64,000 nt of DNA from the human T2T-CHM13v2.0 reference genome, Homo sapiens: the NCBI RefSeq assembly GCF_009914755.1, contig NC_060934.1, one strand, 5' to 3'. This document shows, piece by piece, positions 14,723-28,669 of the stretch. The notes below the pieces were generated by a model. That model did not search any database. It saw only the letters and a list, made by a program, of their open reading frames with translations, and was not told the DNA's origin. How positions within the stretch are numbered: position 1 is the stretch's first letter; each line of letters starts with the position of its first letter. A program made the translations under genes and the position numbers.

Positions 14723-15595
14723 CAACCCGCTCCTTATCAAAAAACTTCACCCCGTTGTGGCCTCTTTATCCTTCACGTGTGTGTCCTGTCCACTAGTCCG
14801 TCTTTCCATGATTGGTTTGCACACGGCCACTTCAGACCTCCCTACTGCCCAATGTATCTACTGTTATCTTCCTAAAACTCATGAGCTTTAACCAGGAAAT
14901 TGGACTTTGAATTCAAAATAAGTAAAACAATTAGAAGACCAGAAGTACAGGGAGTGCTCTATTTTACTTCTTGCTGTTTGTGTTTATTTCCCCAGAGACA
15001 GAGCACTACGGAAGGGAGCCCCATTCCCAAGCATGGTGTCCAATACACTGGTGAGTCTTGGCAGATTATGAGGCAGGTCACAGACAATTGCTATCGTGAA
15101 TTAAAATCTGTGAATAAATCTCTTTATAATAAAGTAGGGAGTATCCAAGAGTATCCTTATAATAAAATTACATCTACTCATTTCCATTTGGATATGCCCT
15201 CTTGAGTGGAAGAAGGGGATGGAGTACAGTTGGCACACACCTCAGTCACCTAACTACCAAATTATGGTTGTTAAATATGGCTGTAATAAAAAAATTTCAA
15301 GCTTTTCTTGAAATCTAGTTATACCCATGGGGATGTATTTAACACGTGATACCACTTGCCTCTTCTTTTGACAGAAAGAATAACTGGGCTCAGTAATGCA
15401 CCTAGAGACTCAGATTCCAGACCTGCCCACTTGCTTTACTATCCAAAACAACCATGACACATGACTTCTCTGGCGGGGTGTTGGCCAAGACAAACTGAAC
15501 TATAGAAGATCCTTGACTTGCCAACGTTCAAATGATGAACTTTCAAAAATAGCGAAACTGGCTGCAGAGCAAAAGCTTTTCAGCTCTGCACAACA

Positions 15596-15610
15596 CCAAC
15601 AGATGGCGCT
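15596..15610 (+). promoter_or_regulatory. Candidate CTCF site
   Basis: CCAACAGATGGCGCT vs consensus CCASYAGRKGGCRS (1 mismatch), with TGCA 5 bp upstream resembling the ZF9-11 upstream motif. Confidence 0.55.
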
Positions 15611-16081
15611 AAGTGTCACCCTTGTGGAGAGCAGAGGGACCTCGGAAGGGCCTTTGGAAATCTAATCTGGTTTTGAGTTCTTGGTGGGAAAATGCACCTT
15701 TAAGTTGGGGGAGTTTGAAGACGTTGCCAAGACACGTGCTGCAGCATTTGATCTTTTCTGCCGCACTGGCTTCTGCAATTAACATGCTTTCACCAGTGAA
15801 ACTCAGGTTGCGGGGAGAGCATTCTTCCAGGTTCATGCCTGTTGTCATGGAGTAATTATAATTCATGTCTCCGTTCACAGTGTCCTGGTTTGTAGAATAA
15901 AATATCTGGTCCACCCACCCAGTGGGATCTTTGAGAATCCATTCATTTTAGAGTCAGCATCTGTGGCTGGTTCCAAGACTGTAATTTGCTTCCTTGGCAA
16001 ATGCCACACTACATCAAAAGGGGGCAAAAGAGTATGATTGCTCTATTTTTACTTAGAATCCAAGTGGTAATTTATGGAATA

Positions 16082-16321
16082 CAGGGGTTCTCAACCTCAG
16101 CACTATTGACGTTGGAGCTGGATAATTCTTTGGTGGTTGTGGGGGAGGGGCGAGGGCGGGAGTCCTGTGCTTTGCAAGATGTTTAGCAGCACCTCTGGCC
16201 TCCACTTGCTAGATGCCAGCAACACCTCCCCACTCTCTCCCAATTTGTGACAACCAAATACGTTTCCAGACATTGTCAAATGTCTTTAGGAGGCAAAACC
16301 ATCCCTGTATGAGAACCACCA
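16082..16321 (+). mobile_element. MER20 hAT DNA transposon
   Basis: gttctcaacctcagcactattgac...ctagatgccagc...ccagacattgtcaaatgtc...gagaaccac. Confidence 0.85.
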
Positions 16322-16454
16322 TTTTAGTGCTTTGTACAAGTAGGATTCAGTGTACAAACCTGAGTCGATTCTACCTCTGACAGTGATGGTACCTGAAATA
16401 GCACCCAAAATCAGGGAGTGAGAAACGCTTACCTTTAGCATTTGAAAGAATGAG

Positions 16455-16695
16455 CTGGTGGTGATGAGCTCAAGATTTAGAGTCAGACAGGTTTAGGTTT
16501 GAATGTGGCCCTGTCACTTTGTAACTGTATAAGCTTGTGCAAGTTACTTGATTTTTTTGAACCTCAGTTTCCTCATCTATAAAATAACAGTAATACCTGC
16601 CTCTTCAGGTGGTTAACACTTAAATCAGTTCAATGATGTAAACCACTTAGTACACAGCATACACTATGTAGTGTGAGCTACTACCGTCATTATTA
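16455..16695 (+). mobile_element. MIR SINE
   Basis: Core caagttacttga...cctcagtttcctcatctataaaat. Confidence 0.8.
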
Positions 16696-18074
16696 TACGC
16701 AACATCATCTCTTCTCAGATTTCTATAATTAGCCTTGGTTATTATTTCGGTTATTTACTTCCTCATCAGAGTCTTTCTTTAGTTGTCAGCAATTTTTGAA
16801 CCCTCTTTAACAATAGTCAGCACTTGTTTTTTTGCAAGAAATGATTCTAAAACAGTTTGCAAATTTCTACATAAGAAATTGATGCAATAATAACAGCAGC
16901 AGCAGTAATTTCTATAGGATTACTGAGATAGAGCTATCATCGTGGCCAGCCTTGCTTCTATGTCTAAATTCCAGACATTCTTGATCTTAAAGGGCTTCTA
17001 TTACCAGAATTCAGAAGCACTGAATCAAAATTCAGAAGAGAATGTTCTAGATTAGGAATCAAAGTGCCTTGACAATGAGATTGTACAGTCTGGCTCATTT
17101 CTATGGTTCCTTGGAGATTCACCCTCTCCATGAGAAAAGAGGCCATTTGCAATTCTGCCTGATTCCAGAGCCCTTTTGTTTGTTTACTGGGTACTCATGC
17201 CAGAGAAAAAAGGCAGCTTCCAGATCCATGCAAATCACATTGCATTAGTGCTTATATTTACAGATAAACAGCTCCATTAAGCACTGGAAAAGCCTTCTTA
17301 TACTTGGACAACCAGGTGAAAATATATAAATTGAATTTCACACTCATGGCACAAATTCATCCTTACAATACAGTCCCCCAAAGCACTTCAAGTGATTTTG
17401 TGTGAAGAGTTTCTGAGATGAAATGGTAAGATATGACTGCTCTGAGGGAGGGGGCAATAGGGAGAGGAGTTACTTCATTAGCATTGTCAGCTTTGTCACA
17501 AGGTGACATTATGAAAGAATTTAGCCTCTTTGTAGACCATTAAGGGAATAAATACATATTGTAATCTAATTGGCAAAACTGCAAAAAGGCCCCATCTGGA
17601 TAACCCACCACTTTCATTATGATGTGCTTATGAAAGATATTTGAAAGTCAAATATCTGAATTTTGAAGAAGAAGAAAAAAAAAGGTTTGGCCTACTCCTT
17701 GTTTAGAGAGAAGATATAGATAACATTCCAAACAATGGTTTGTATCGGTGCTGCTGAGCTCAAGGCCCAGGCAATGAGGTGGGTGTGGTAAGGGTCTCCT
17801 CAGGCCGATTTAGAGCCTAGACTGAAGGTGGCTTCTAGTTACCTGGACTCAGGTATCTGTCTCTTCCCAGGGCTGCTGTCTTTCCTGCTGGGACAGGGAG
17901 AATAGAGGACAGGCAACTCTTAATAGTAAACATCCCTCAGAGATTCATTAGGAGTCTATAGCAGGGATGGCAGAGTCCATCAGAACTGAGCAGATTCTCA
18001 GCCAACTACCTGCACCCCCACCCCACACACATGGGGGGTCCATGGAGAGGATCTCTAACCTGCTGCCTGCCAGC

Positions 18075-18240
18075 AAGCCCTAGCATTACTCACTAGGAGA
18101 TGTTAGGCAAGTTACCTTATTTTACCAAGTCTCAGTTTCCTCATCTGTAAAATGCGGATTCCTGCTCATAGTGGGCTGTGAGAATTAAATGGGATGACAA
18201 ATGTGAAGCCCTGAGCACAGCACCTGGCTTATGGGAGTGT
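18075..18240 (+). mobile_element. MIR SINE
   Basis: Core ggcaagttacc...ctcagtttcctcatctgtaaaatg. Confidence 0.78.
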
Positions 18241-18699
18241 CCCTTACCCCTCCTCCTTTCTAACATAGGAGAAGGTAGAGATTCTCAATTCCTCTTTCAA
18301 CAGCAATAACAATAACAGGCCACCACAGTCTACAAATTTCTGTATGTCACGGGATTCATAAGAAATTGAGAAGTACATTTCTTTCGAGGACAAACACACT
18401 CAATTTTTTTTACTGTATTTCTAGTATATATAGAGAAAAGCAAAAAATACAACTCCAAGAGACCTCGGTAGTAGTCTCTCCTCTCCCTGTAATGTGTTGT
18501 GTGACCATTGATATTCCCTTGATCAGTCTGATTCCTGGTTACCTGGACAAGGTGATCTTCACAGTGAATTCTAGCTGTGATGTTTGCTGACTGATTCTCC
18601 TACATAGTCAAGGCTCTGTAGAGTGAGCCTTTCAGGGATTGTCTGTGAACCCTTTCCTTCCTCCAGAAACATTTCCCCATCCACATGGCTATATGAGAT

Positions 18700-19090
18700 C
18701 TCTGGCTTTCCCTGGCCAAACAGGGTTCTTCCAAGTATCTGATCCAAATGAGTGAGTTCAAGTTCTTCTTCATGAGTTGTTCTGGAATTGAGAAAGAGCT
18801 ATAGGAAGCAATGAGATATAGCTGAAAACCTGCTGACAGTCACCTTGCCAGCCATCTGGTGAAAAATAGTCTGCAGCAAGAGAGAAAAAAGCCAACACTG
18901 AGAGAGAAGCAGAAAGGAGAGATGCAGGGAGAGTCTAGTCTGTACTTGACTCCCTAGTTCTGATTGTCTCACCTGTGCCCCTCTCCTTTCTGAAGTTTTC
19001 CTTTCTTGGATTCTGTGAGCCAAAGAATTCTCTTTTTGTTAAAGCTACTTTGAGTTCGTTCTCTGTCCCCTGCAACCAAAAATTCTGATT
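18700..19090 (+). mobile_element. Old MaLR LTR (MLT1J/K/L-like)
   Basis: 3' end ctgtgagccaa...ttaaagctactttgagtt...tgcaaccaaaaattctga; start approximate. Confidence 0.5.
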
Positions 19091-21004
19091 TGGAGCATCT
19101 TTTTATGTGATCTAAGCATCCCTATACTCATCTAAGATGGCATGGTTTTTAATATTTTATTAAACCTACTGTTATGCTACCCTTGAAATTCAGCTTCTGT
19201 TGCAACAAGCTTTTATCGCAAGGGAAAACAGGGAGTTCCTCCATGGTATATAATCCTGTCCTCTCCAGGTCCCACAGATATCCTCTCTGTGAGGGCCCAA
19301 AAAAGAGGAACATGCCACAGAGTAAGCCAACACCATCCAGGGAGGATGGAGAGGCAGAGCTGGCTGGGGTCCCCCTGAATCTGCTGCTGTTAGAATTTTC
19401 TGTCAGTGTGGAGTTTATTAAGAGTGGATCTAACTTTCAGAGGAGAGTGCAAATTTTCTCTCAAGCCAGTTTTAAAACATTTAGGCAGAGTAAAAAGTCA
19501 AAAAAGACTTTAGGCTCTGAAGTCCTGCATTCTAGCCTGACACAGGAGGGTTTCCCTGGTGGCTCAGCTCTTACATGAAGCTCTGTTTTTTTGTGTGAAA
19601 CATCAAAAACTCAATGTTTCTCAGAAAGTTCTGAAAAGAATCTTATTTCCCAGGCAACAGCTTTTCACTTGCTGTCTTCCCCCTGGGCCTCCACAAATTA
19701 ATCATGAGTATAAATAAAAGCACTACTCAAGTCGGTGACTGCGGCCCTGCCCTGCCTGTTGGGATAGCAATGGAGAAATCAAGAACAGAGTGAGGTCCTA
19801 AGAAAAGCAGTGGAGCAACTCAAGGCTGAGTGTCCAGACTATAGCTGGGCGGCTGCAATGCTGGTCAAAAACAGGGCCTGCCAAGCTCTGATGCTGCAGG
19901 AACACATGGGAGCTTGCCTTCACAGGCAATGCCTCCTGACTTCGCAGGAGCTGGATGCTTCCTGCTTTCAGAGGAGCCCGATGCATCCTGATAGGAGGCA
20001 GATGTGCCTTTTGCATCTGATGCCATCCACTGACAAGGAGTGTGGACTGTTCACTGGCTCTTATTAAAGAATGCCTCAGACACTGCTTATACCAATATTT
20101 TACACCACAGTTCAACTTTTGAAGGGTGTATTGTTTTCAGTGTCAAAGTAGGTCAATCTGGATGCTTTAAGCTGCAGTAACAGAAAACCAACTCAAATTG
20201 ATTAAACAATTTGGGGATCCATTGCTTAACAAAGAGGACATCAAAAGATAGGGTTGGCTTTGGTTTAATTGGCAGAATCAGGCTCATGATATAATCAAGA
20301 CCGAGGTTCTTTCCAGGACTCTCCTCTGCTATCCAGCCTCAACTGCATCCTAAAGCATCCTCTTGGTCATAGAGTGGCTTCTAGCAGCAACCAGGCCTAT
20401 TCCCTTGTTCACATCCAATAGGAGAAAGGGTGAGTTTCTTATGGAAAACTTTCAGGGAGGCAAATAAGTATGTTTCCAGAAATTTCCAGCAAAATGCTTC
20501 TCATGTCTCATCAACGAGCTGCATATCACATGCCAATTCCTGAACCAACCCCTGATAAAGAAGGAGGAATACCCCTTGGACCCATCAGGAATAATCAGTC
20601 AGGCTCTAGGGAGCCAAGGGAGGTATGTGGATTATTTGGGAAAGGGTAGATAGCAGAATCAAGTCTGGTTTCTATTAGACACGAGATGGGAAATACATGG
20701 CTAGACAGGCATCCAATCATACTAACTAGCTTAAAGTCTGAATAGCCCACTTACCTATTTAGGTTGCAGCTTCTACACAAATACACTTTGCAATACAGTT
20801 CTTCAACTCCCACCTCCATATTCCTCACCTCATAAGAAGCAGCAGGAGCCTTCATCAGGAGAGACAGGATAGGAAAGTTGCTCGGGTTGTTCTGAGAATC
20901 CTTGGCTGGGTTTTCTCTTGCAGACCCTTAATGTAGTACGGTAAAGTCTTCATCTAGACAAGGGCATTTGCAACATCTTGACATCAAGTGTACTGACTAG
21001 AACC

Positions 21005-21197
21005 ACAGTTCCCACACTCCAGGGTGCAGAAGAATCTTGGGATGGGGGATCAGCTTTGTTCAAAATGCAGATCTCTGTGCCCCAATCCTAGACATTCTGA
21101 CTCATTGGGTTTGGATGAGACTCAGGAATCCGTATTGAACAAATCCAGCGTGAGATTGGGATGCGGGTTTTCTTTGGATCACACAGAGAAACAATGG
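21005..21197. mobile_element. MER5-like hAT element
   Basis: aaaatgcagatctctgtgcccca...ctcaggaatccgtatt...gagaaacaatg. Confidence 0.6.
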
Positions 21198-21895
21198 CCA
21201 TGAGCCATGTGTCGTAGTAGGTTGGACTCCCCACAAGCATGCCCAGAGACAAGGGTCTTTCATGACAGTGATTAACTAGAAAGTGTTCCGGAAAAACAGT
21301 TAGGAAATGGAAAATGGGACCGGAAAGGGAAGGAAGACAAGTCAGGCTGCAATATTAGTGAAGTCCCATGGAGGTGAACCTATGGCTTGGTTCCACAGAG
21401 AAGCTCTGGAAACAGTGGAGGACAGTGTTGTTCCAGTCAGCAGAGAAGGGAGCTGGAATAGTTATACTCCACCTCACCCTGTAAACTTCAGTCATTGGTT
21501 AATCACTGCAGGGTTCTAGCAGCTGGGAGTAGAAAGCCTTTATCAGGAGCCATTGTCCACAAAAATGGTAAAGGTGTCGGATAGGAGGTATGGGCAGGAC
21601 ACCTACATTGTCTGCTCCTCATATTGTAAGTATATTCAATCACTTCAGAAATTTTATATGTGAATTATATCTCAACAAAGTGTTATTCAAACGATAGATT
21701 TTAAGAGATATACTGAAGAACTCTATACTCTGAGCTCCACAGTGGACCATGAAACCACACAACATACAAAGGATGCAGATTGTCACACTACATGCAGGCC
21801 AGACTCAGGAGCAGGATACCATGTTCAACACTGACTCATAGTACTTCAAATCAGCTATGTGGTCTCCTCATAGTTTAATAAAATTACACGAATAT

Positions 21896-22188
<293 letters not shown>

Positions 22189-22712
22189 ATTAAATGAATA
22201 TTTGAAAAAAATGTATATATGGACAGTAGCACTTAGGAACTCCCTGTTTTTCCCTGAGGTAAGAGCTTGTTGCAACAGAAGCTGAATTTCAAGGGTAACA
22301 TAATAGTAGAGACAAATGCTCATATAATGAATTCAACAAAATCATGGTTGCCTACTGGAGATTAGAGATACAAAGATGCCTGAGACAGGTTTCTGTTTGC
22401 AAGGAGCTTAGAATTTCATTTATTCATCCATTTAACAAACATTTGTTGAACACCTATAATGTGCCTATCATTGACCTAGTCCCTGGAGAATATCCATGAA
22501 TACAAGAGACAGGTTCTCTTATAATTGAAGTGGAGAGACACTCAGCAAAGAGGTGCATGATGAAGAGATAAACAAACTTACACTAAAGTGCCAGTAGTGA
22601 TGAGTTACGGAGAGAAAATGGCAGGTGAGGGGGCTTGACTTCCAAACGATGGGAGACCTCTTTGAGCAAGTGTGTCCTTAATGTTGTCAAAGCCTATAGA
22701 TAAAAGTCAACT

Positions 22713-23043
22713 GGGGGGGGTCAAAATGGCAGATAGGAGGCAGGACTAACTTGCAGCTCTCACTGAGACGGACAGAGCAGCATGTGGAGACTCACATCGT
22801 GAACTTTTGCTCCAAGAACTACCGCAGGAACATACCAGGAAAGCTGAGAGAATCCACAAATGCTTTGAGGGAGGTGGAATGCTGCTGCAGGCTCCACGGG
22901 ACAGCTGAGGAACTGTGAGTGGGCTTGCCGTCTCAGCTGGGAGGCTTATAGCCCGCGGCAAGTTTTCAGCCCTGTTCACTGGCTGCCCGGAAATAAACTC
23001 GGTGCTGTTGCAGGGGCACAGTGGGAGTGAGACCAGCCTTTTG
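22713..23043 (+). mobile_element. Isolated L1 5'UTR start (L1PB/L1P4-like)
   Basis: GGGGGGGG-TCAAAATGGCAGATAGGAGGCAGGACT start, with a YY1-like motif and a preceding A-rich EN-type site. Confidence 0.7.
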
Positions 23044-23915
23044 GTACTTGGCATACCAAACCCCATCTTAGCACCTGCCTCAGAGAAACACAACCTACAA
23101 CAGGCATCAAAGAAAACTTCCTGGAGGAAATGTTTCTTCAGGCAAGTTCTGAAAGACTGATAGGAGAATTAGGCAGAAGAATGAGAGAAGGAGACATAGC
23201 ATGTGCTAGTTAATAAAAGTTCAATTCCACTTTCATCTGGGGCTCCCTTGTTCTGTGTTGAAGGCTGTTTCTTGCTAGCGTACAGGAGAAAATGTAGTTT
23301 ACTCATTCTGTTAATGGATATTGAGATGGTATCACAAGGAGGCTCAGGGGAGAGATACATGGATAGATCTCTGTGCCTGGACTCAGACTTTGAGAATATT
23401 TGTGACTCATGAGATTTCCCCTCAAAAGGTAGCCACTGTGCAGATGTCAGTCAGCCCTCTTCCTTGGCCAGCGCAGAGCTTGCTCATGAAGCAGAGGCTG
23501 TGCGTGGGCTCCACAACATGGACTTCTCTCTAAAGATCGCCTTGGCAGTGCCATGGGACTGTACAATTTGATGGCAGCGACAACCAAACCTAAAACCCCA
23601 ATATGGTGTAATAATCTGGCAGTAGCTTGGTCATACCAGGTGCTTTTCACCATGGAAGGGCAGAGCTTTTCCCTCACTGGAATAGGCCCTCTTACCTGGA
23701 CTTAGATGTGTTGCTTCTGCCCATGACGCTTTTGCCAGCACCATCCTCCATGACTTACTGGATACATCATGGTAGCCCACACAGCATCCCTTCTGTTCTA
23801 GAAACTTCCTTCATTGTGAAAAAAGTGTCCCTAGGAGGCACTGGGCTAAGGAGCCCCATTATCCCATCCACAACCTTGCGTTTTGCTAGATTAAATAAAT
23901 TGGAGCAAGGTGTAC

Positions 23916-24000
23916 TGTTAGGTTGAACCATATGAAAATGATGATATTCAACCATTTTCTGACCTATAAAAATGACAATTTCATATGACTCAATCCAATA
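23916..24000. mobile_element. MADE2 mariner MITE
   Basis: About 80-bp palindrome ttaggttgaaccatatgaaa...tttcatatgactcaatccaata. Confidence 0.85.
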
Positions 24001-24285
24001 ACTAGTGGGGTTTCGGTGAGGCTCTCCTAGGAGAGCAGACTACTGCATCTTGAGTCATGAGAGGTAATAAAACTGCTAGGCAGGAGTGATATTTAGAAGC
24101 ATAAATATAGGAAGAAGCATACATGAGCCCCCAAATGAACAGACCATGGTAGATATTTCTCATTTTTCACACAGAGAATCCAGACATATTTTCTATGTTG
24201 TGAGAATATCAAGCTCATGACCTAGCACAGCCAAGCAGATGCTTCTGTCTGGGACTTTGAACTCAAAGGAGTGAGGCAGTCAGAG

Positions 24286-24297
24286 GCGTGTGCGTGC

Positions 24298-24343
<46 letters not shown>
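24286..24343. repeat. (GCGT)n/(TG)n microsatellite
   Basis: About 58 bp of alternating purine-pyrimidine. Confidence 0.97.
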
Positions 24344-24344
<1 letters not shown>

Positions 24345-24688
24345 GGCTGCTGTGGATTAAAGAGTTCAGTGATGCAGGGGTGAGTCTTACAGGAGGGAGG
24401 AGCAGGATGTTCAGGGGCAGCAAGGCCAGCAGCAGTGAGTGTCCAGCTGGGAGCAGTGGGATCTTGAGCATATTCCCAGTGCAGTTTCAATCGGTCATGC
24501 CTCACCTCCTTTTCACTCCTGCTCAAACCTAGTTTTCCAGTCTTCCCATTGAGTGTACTAGCTTCTAAACCCTCTTACAATGAATCTTTTTTTCTGGTTA
24601 TATTAACCAGAGTAGTTTCTGTTGTTTGTAACTCAAAACATTTATAAATACACTATCTTTTGGCCAGAGGTTTTACACTGCTTTCTAG

Positions 24689-25018
<330 letters not shown>

Positions 25019-25783
25019 TAATCAGTTTCTTGACAGTAAAAGAATGCACCTGTAAAGTAAACCAAGTAAACAGTGGGCAACGAGGAGGAGGGCAGGTGTA
25101 TTCCTTTTATTCACTCCTCTTTAGTTATTGGTTTTTTCATATGTTTTTAAAAAAATTATTGTGATAGCAATTTGTATTTGTTGGAAAAATCACTCATTTT
25201 ATTTAGACTTTCAAATTTATAATATACAAGTATGCATGGTACTTTAAAAATTTTGTGTTTTCATTGCTGTAACATCTTCGTATTTCTAATAATGTTCATT
25301 TATTTAACTGTTTTTTAAAAAGATTTGCCAAAGGGTAATCAATTTATTGTAGCAGTTTTCAACAGAGTGATTTGATTTATTAACTATACTTTCTTTTTAT
25401 ACTCAACTTCTTTTGCCTTCATTACATCCCTCTACTTGGCAGGAGAAATTTGTTTCTTTTCTAACATCCCACTAAAATTATTAATATGGTGATTTTTTTC
25501 TCTTTCTTCTTTTGTAGCAATAAAAGCATTTAAGTTAATTAATCTGGTTCAGTTCAACAAACATGTATAGTGTGCCTACTATGTAAGACAGTCACAGAGC
25601 CAGAGGGCACAAGATAAATAAGACATGAATATGTGTCCCCAGGAGGTCTAAAGAAGGGAACAGGCAGATGAAAAGATACATTTAAAATGATAGAAATATA
25701 ATAGTTACCTTTAGATAAGATTAATAGTTATTTTTTTCTTCTATACATTTTTGTTGTTACTAATATTTCAATGGTACTTTTTC

Positions 25784-26083
25784 TTTTTTTTTGAGATAGA
25801 GTTCCCTTTGTCACACAGGCTGGAGTGCAGTGGCACGATCATAGCTCACTGCAGTCCTCGAACTCCTGAGCTCAGGTGATCCTCCCGCCTCAGCCTCCTG
25901 AGTAGCTAGGACTACAGGTGCTTACCACCATGCCTGGCAATGTTTTTTTTTTTTTTCTTTTTAGTAGAGATTAAGTCTTGCTATGTTGCCTAGGCTCGTC
26001 TCAAACTACTGAGCTCAAGCAATCCTCCCAACCTCATCCTCCCAAATTGTTGGGATTACAGGCGTGAGCCACTGCATCCTGCT
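25784..26083 (-). mobile_element. AluJ
   Basis: gatcatagctcactgcag, gagctcaagc. Confidence 0.9.
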
Positions 26084-27982
26084 CCATGATACATTTTTGA
26101 AAATTTACCAACATTTCATTCATGAATACATACTAAAGTCAGAAAAATAAGGAAAATGTACTTTTTTAAAAGAAAGAATATGACAGCATTAAAACTAGTG
26201 GTATTAAGCCTCAAAATCTGGAGATTCTAGAAAGACCTCTGGGTTTTCATGGAGGAAAAGTGTCAAAGAAAGACAAAAGGATGTTCCAGGCAAAAGAAGC
26301 AGTATCAACAGGGACCCAGCAATGGGAGAAAAGCAGCATTGTCCTGGTTGAATGTGAGCCCCCTGAAGCCTGTCTCCACATGTGCTGACTGCACTGCCAT
26401 ATCCCCGCCAACTGTTGATTAGTACATGTACTACAGTTGGGCCTGCAGTGCTAGACTTAACAGATGCCCCATGAATATGTGCAAACTTGAATGAAGATGG
26501 ATGGGGTAGGGGTAGAGCACCATTTCCCACGAGGCCATTGGGAGCCCTTGTGACTTTTAGAAATGAAAGAAAATTTTACTGCACCCAGCTCTGTGTTTTA
26601 GAAGAATAGGATGTCCCTTTCTACAATTATGCAAGAATTCTAGTGGTTTTTCCCTTTTAAAAATGTAAGTGAAATTTAAGCCTGATTCCTACAGAGAATT
26701 AATTTTTATAACCACTATATTCTGCCATGAGGAGGGTTAATTACTGTTTTCCTTCTCTACTTTCTATTGAAACTATCCATGCAAAGGAAAAAAAAATGTG
26801 AGGAACTTGGCACAAAGCAAAGCCAGCTATGACTTATCTAATTAATTTGACTGGAAACCCCTGGGTATTACAGGTCCTCCTCAAAAGACCATCCTTCAAA
26901 GGTAGGAGCCAAATTCTCAGTAATTGGCTTGTTCTGCAACCACCCAGCTATGTTTATCTTGAGAAAGATATGTGGGTCTGGTCGCTGTCTCCAGCCACCT
27001 GCACCCAGCCTCCCACCTGCTGAGCTACGTCATGGTACCCAGGGACCAGTGAAGGCAAGGTAAGGCTGGGAAGCCCAGGCTCCCTGCAGGCCAGAGAGTG
27101 GAGCAGGGTGAGGGGGAAAGAGGGATAATGCCTTCAGCACCTTCCAAACCTGGCTCCAGATTTGGAAACACCTGAAACTTCAGATAAAGTTTATTTATTT
27201 ATTTATTTTGGCCTATAGTCAGACGTGTTATTGCAAATATAGAACACTATATTGTTAAAGGACAGTCTGGCATTCAGGCAATGAAGGACACGCTAAATGA
27301 AAGGTCAGTATACTTAATTCCATTAAAAATGTTAAATTTCTGTATGTCAAAAAATTCAGAAAATAAAAGACATGATAAATTAGGAAAATATTGCAAATGC
27401 TTGTATCCAATTATTGAATGGAAAGAGAAGAGTAAAAATAGTACTTTATATAATGACCTCAATTTCATAAAAATAATACATACATACATTTTAAAGGAAG
27501 ACGGTCAAAAGAAGACATTCTTGCTAGTGATAATATAATTAATTTTTGTGTTTATGCATTTCTGAGACCTGTATTTTCAACAAGTATTTATTCTTAAATA
27601 TAGACATTTTTAAAAGTAAAAAAATAGTTCTACTTACTTCTGCGAATTATCTTGAGGAAATAATTAAACCAACCAGAAGTATACAGATGCCTACTCTAAC
27701 TTTATTATTATAAAATTGGAAGTAACTTAAATGTTAGGTCATAGTGGAAGACCTAAATGAGTATTGTATATGCACTCTAACAAATATGATAAAATCATTC
27801 AAATGGTAATTATGATTACATAAAGATTATAAATATGATTATGATAGACTGTTCGAAGAAAAAAATTAACAAGATATGTGCATATTATGTAAATATGTAA
27901 AATTTATCATTTGGACAAGAACTAGGGGGAAATGTGTAAATATAAAAATAATCACATTAGCAAATGAAGATTATGGATGCAT

Positions 27983-28669
27983 TTTTCTTTTTTTAAAAAA
28001 AGTTATTATATTATTGTTTATGTTTCAAAAGAGTAGGATGAGATTGTCCTGAGGCACTTCCATTATAGGTTAGAATGCCATGAGCCCTTGCTCTGTCCAG
28101 TGCTGGCATCCAGGCTTCTCAGTTCAGTCTGTCCACACTTGTATCAGTCCATTTGTGTTGCCACAAAGGAATACCTGAGACTGGGTAATTTACAAAGAGG
28201 TGTCTTTTGGCTCGTAGTTCTGCAGTGCCATATACAAGCATGGCACCAATGTCTGCTTGGCTTTTGGTGAGAGCCTCAGGAACTTACAATCATGGCAGAA
28301 GGTGAAGGAGAGCAGTGTGTCACATGGCGAGAGGGGGAGTAAGAGAAGGGGAGTAAGAGACAAAAGGGAGGAGGTGGCAGGATTTTTAAACAACCAGCTC
28401 TCCCCTGAACTAATAGAAGGAGAACTCATGACCACCGGGAGAGCACCAAGCCATTCACAAAGGATCCACCCCCACGATCCAAACACTTCCCACCTGGCCT
28501 CTCCCCCAACACTGAGGATCACATTTCAACAAGAGATTTGGAGGGGACAAACACCCAAACCACATCAACACTCAAGGCTGTTTTAGAGAAGACTCTGATT
28601 TACAAGTTAATATTATCCTGAGTAGAAACACAAGTATGATACTCAGAGATCCAAAGAAACAGTGGTAAA
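27983..28669 (+). repeat. Left arm of a 254-bp inverted duplication (interrupted by an MST LTR)
   Basis: 27983-28139 plus 28573-28669 align without gaps to the reverse complement of 30827-30911 plus 31232-31400; about 47 mismatches in 254 by manual count. Confidence 0.9.
28140..28567 (-). mobile_element. MST (MSTB-like) MaLR solo LTR, 428 bp
   Basis: tgtatcagtcc...aaaccacatca; 5-bp TSD ACACT at 28135-28139 and 28568-28572. Confidence 0.9.

Larger units (their letters stand above)
23250..24651 (+). mobile_element. Degraded ERV-L remnant: pol/integrase-like internal part plus an LTR16-like 3' LTR
   Basis: ccccaatatgg, ctcactggaatag, catggtagcccacacagcat; LTR end gtttctgttgtttgtaactcaaaac...aataca. 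Confidence 0.55.

Noticed and set aside
23916-24000. Hairpin as a novel pre-miRNA
   Set aside because: Fully explained by the terminal inverted repeats of a MADE2 MITE
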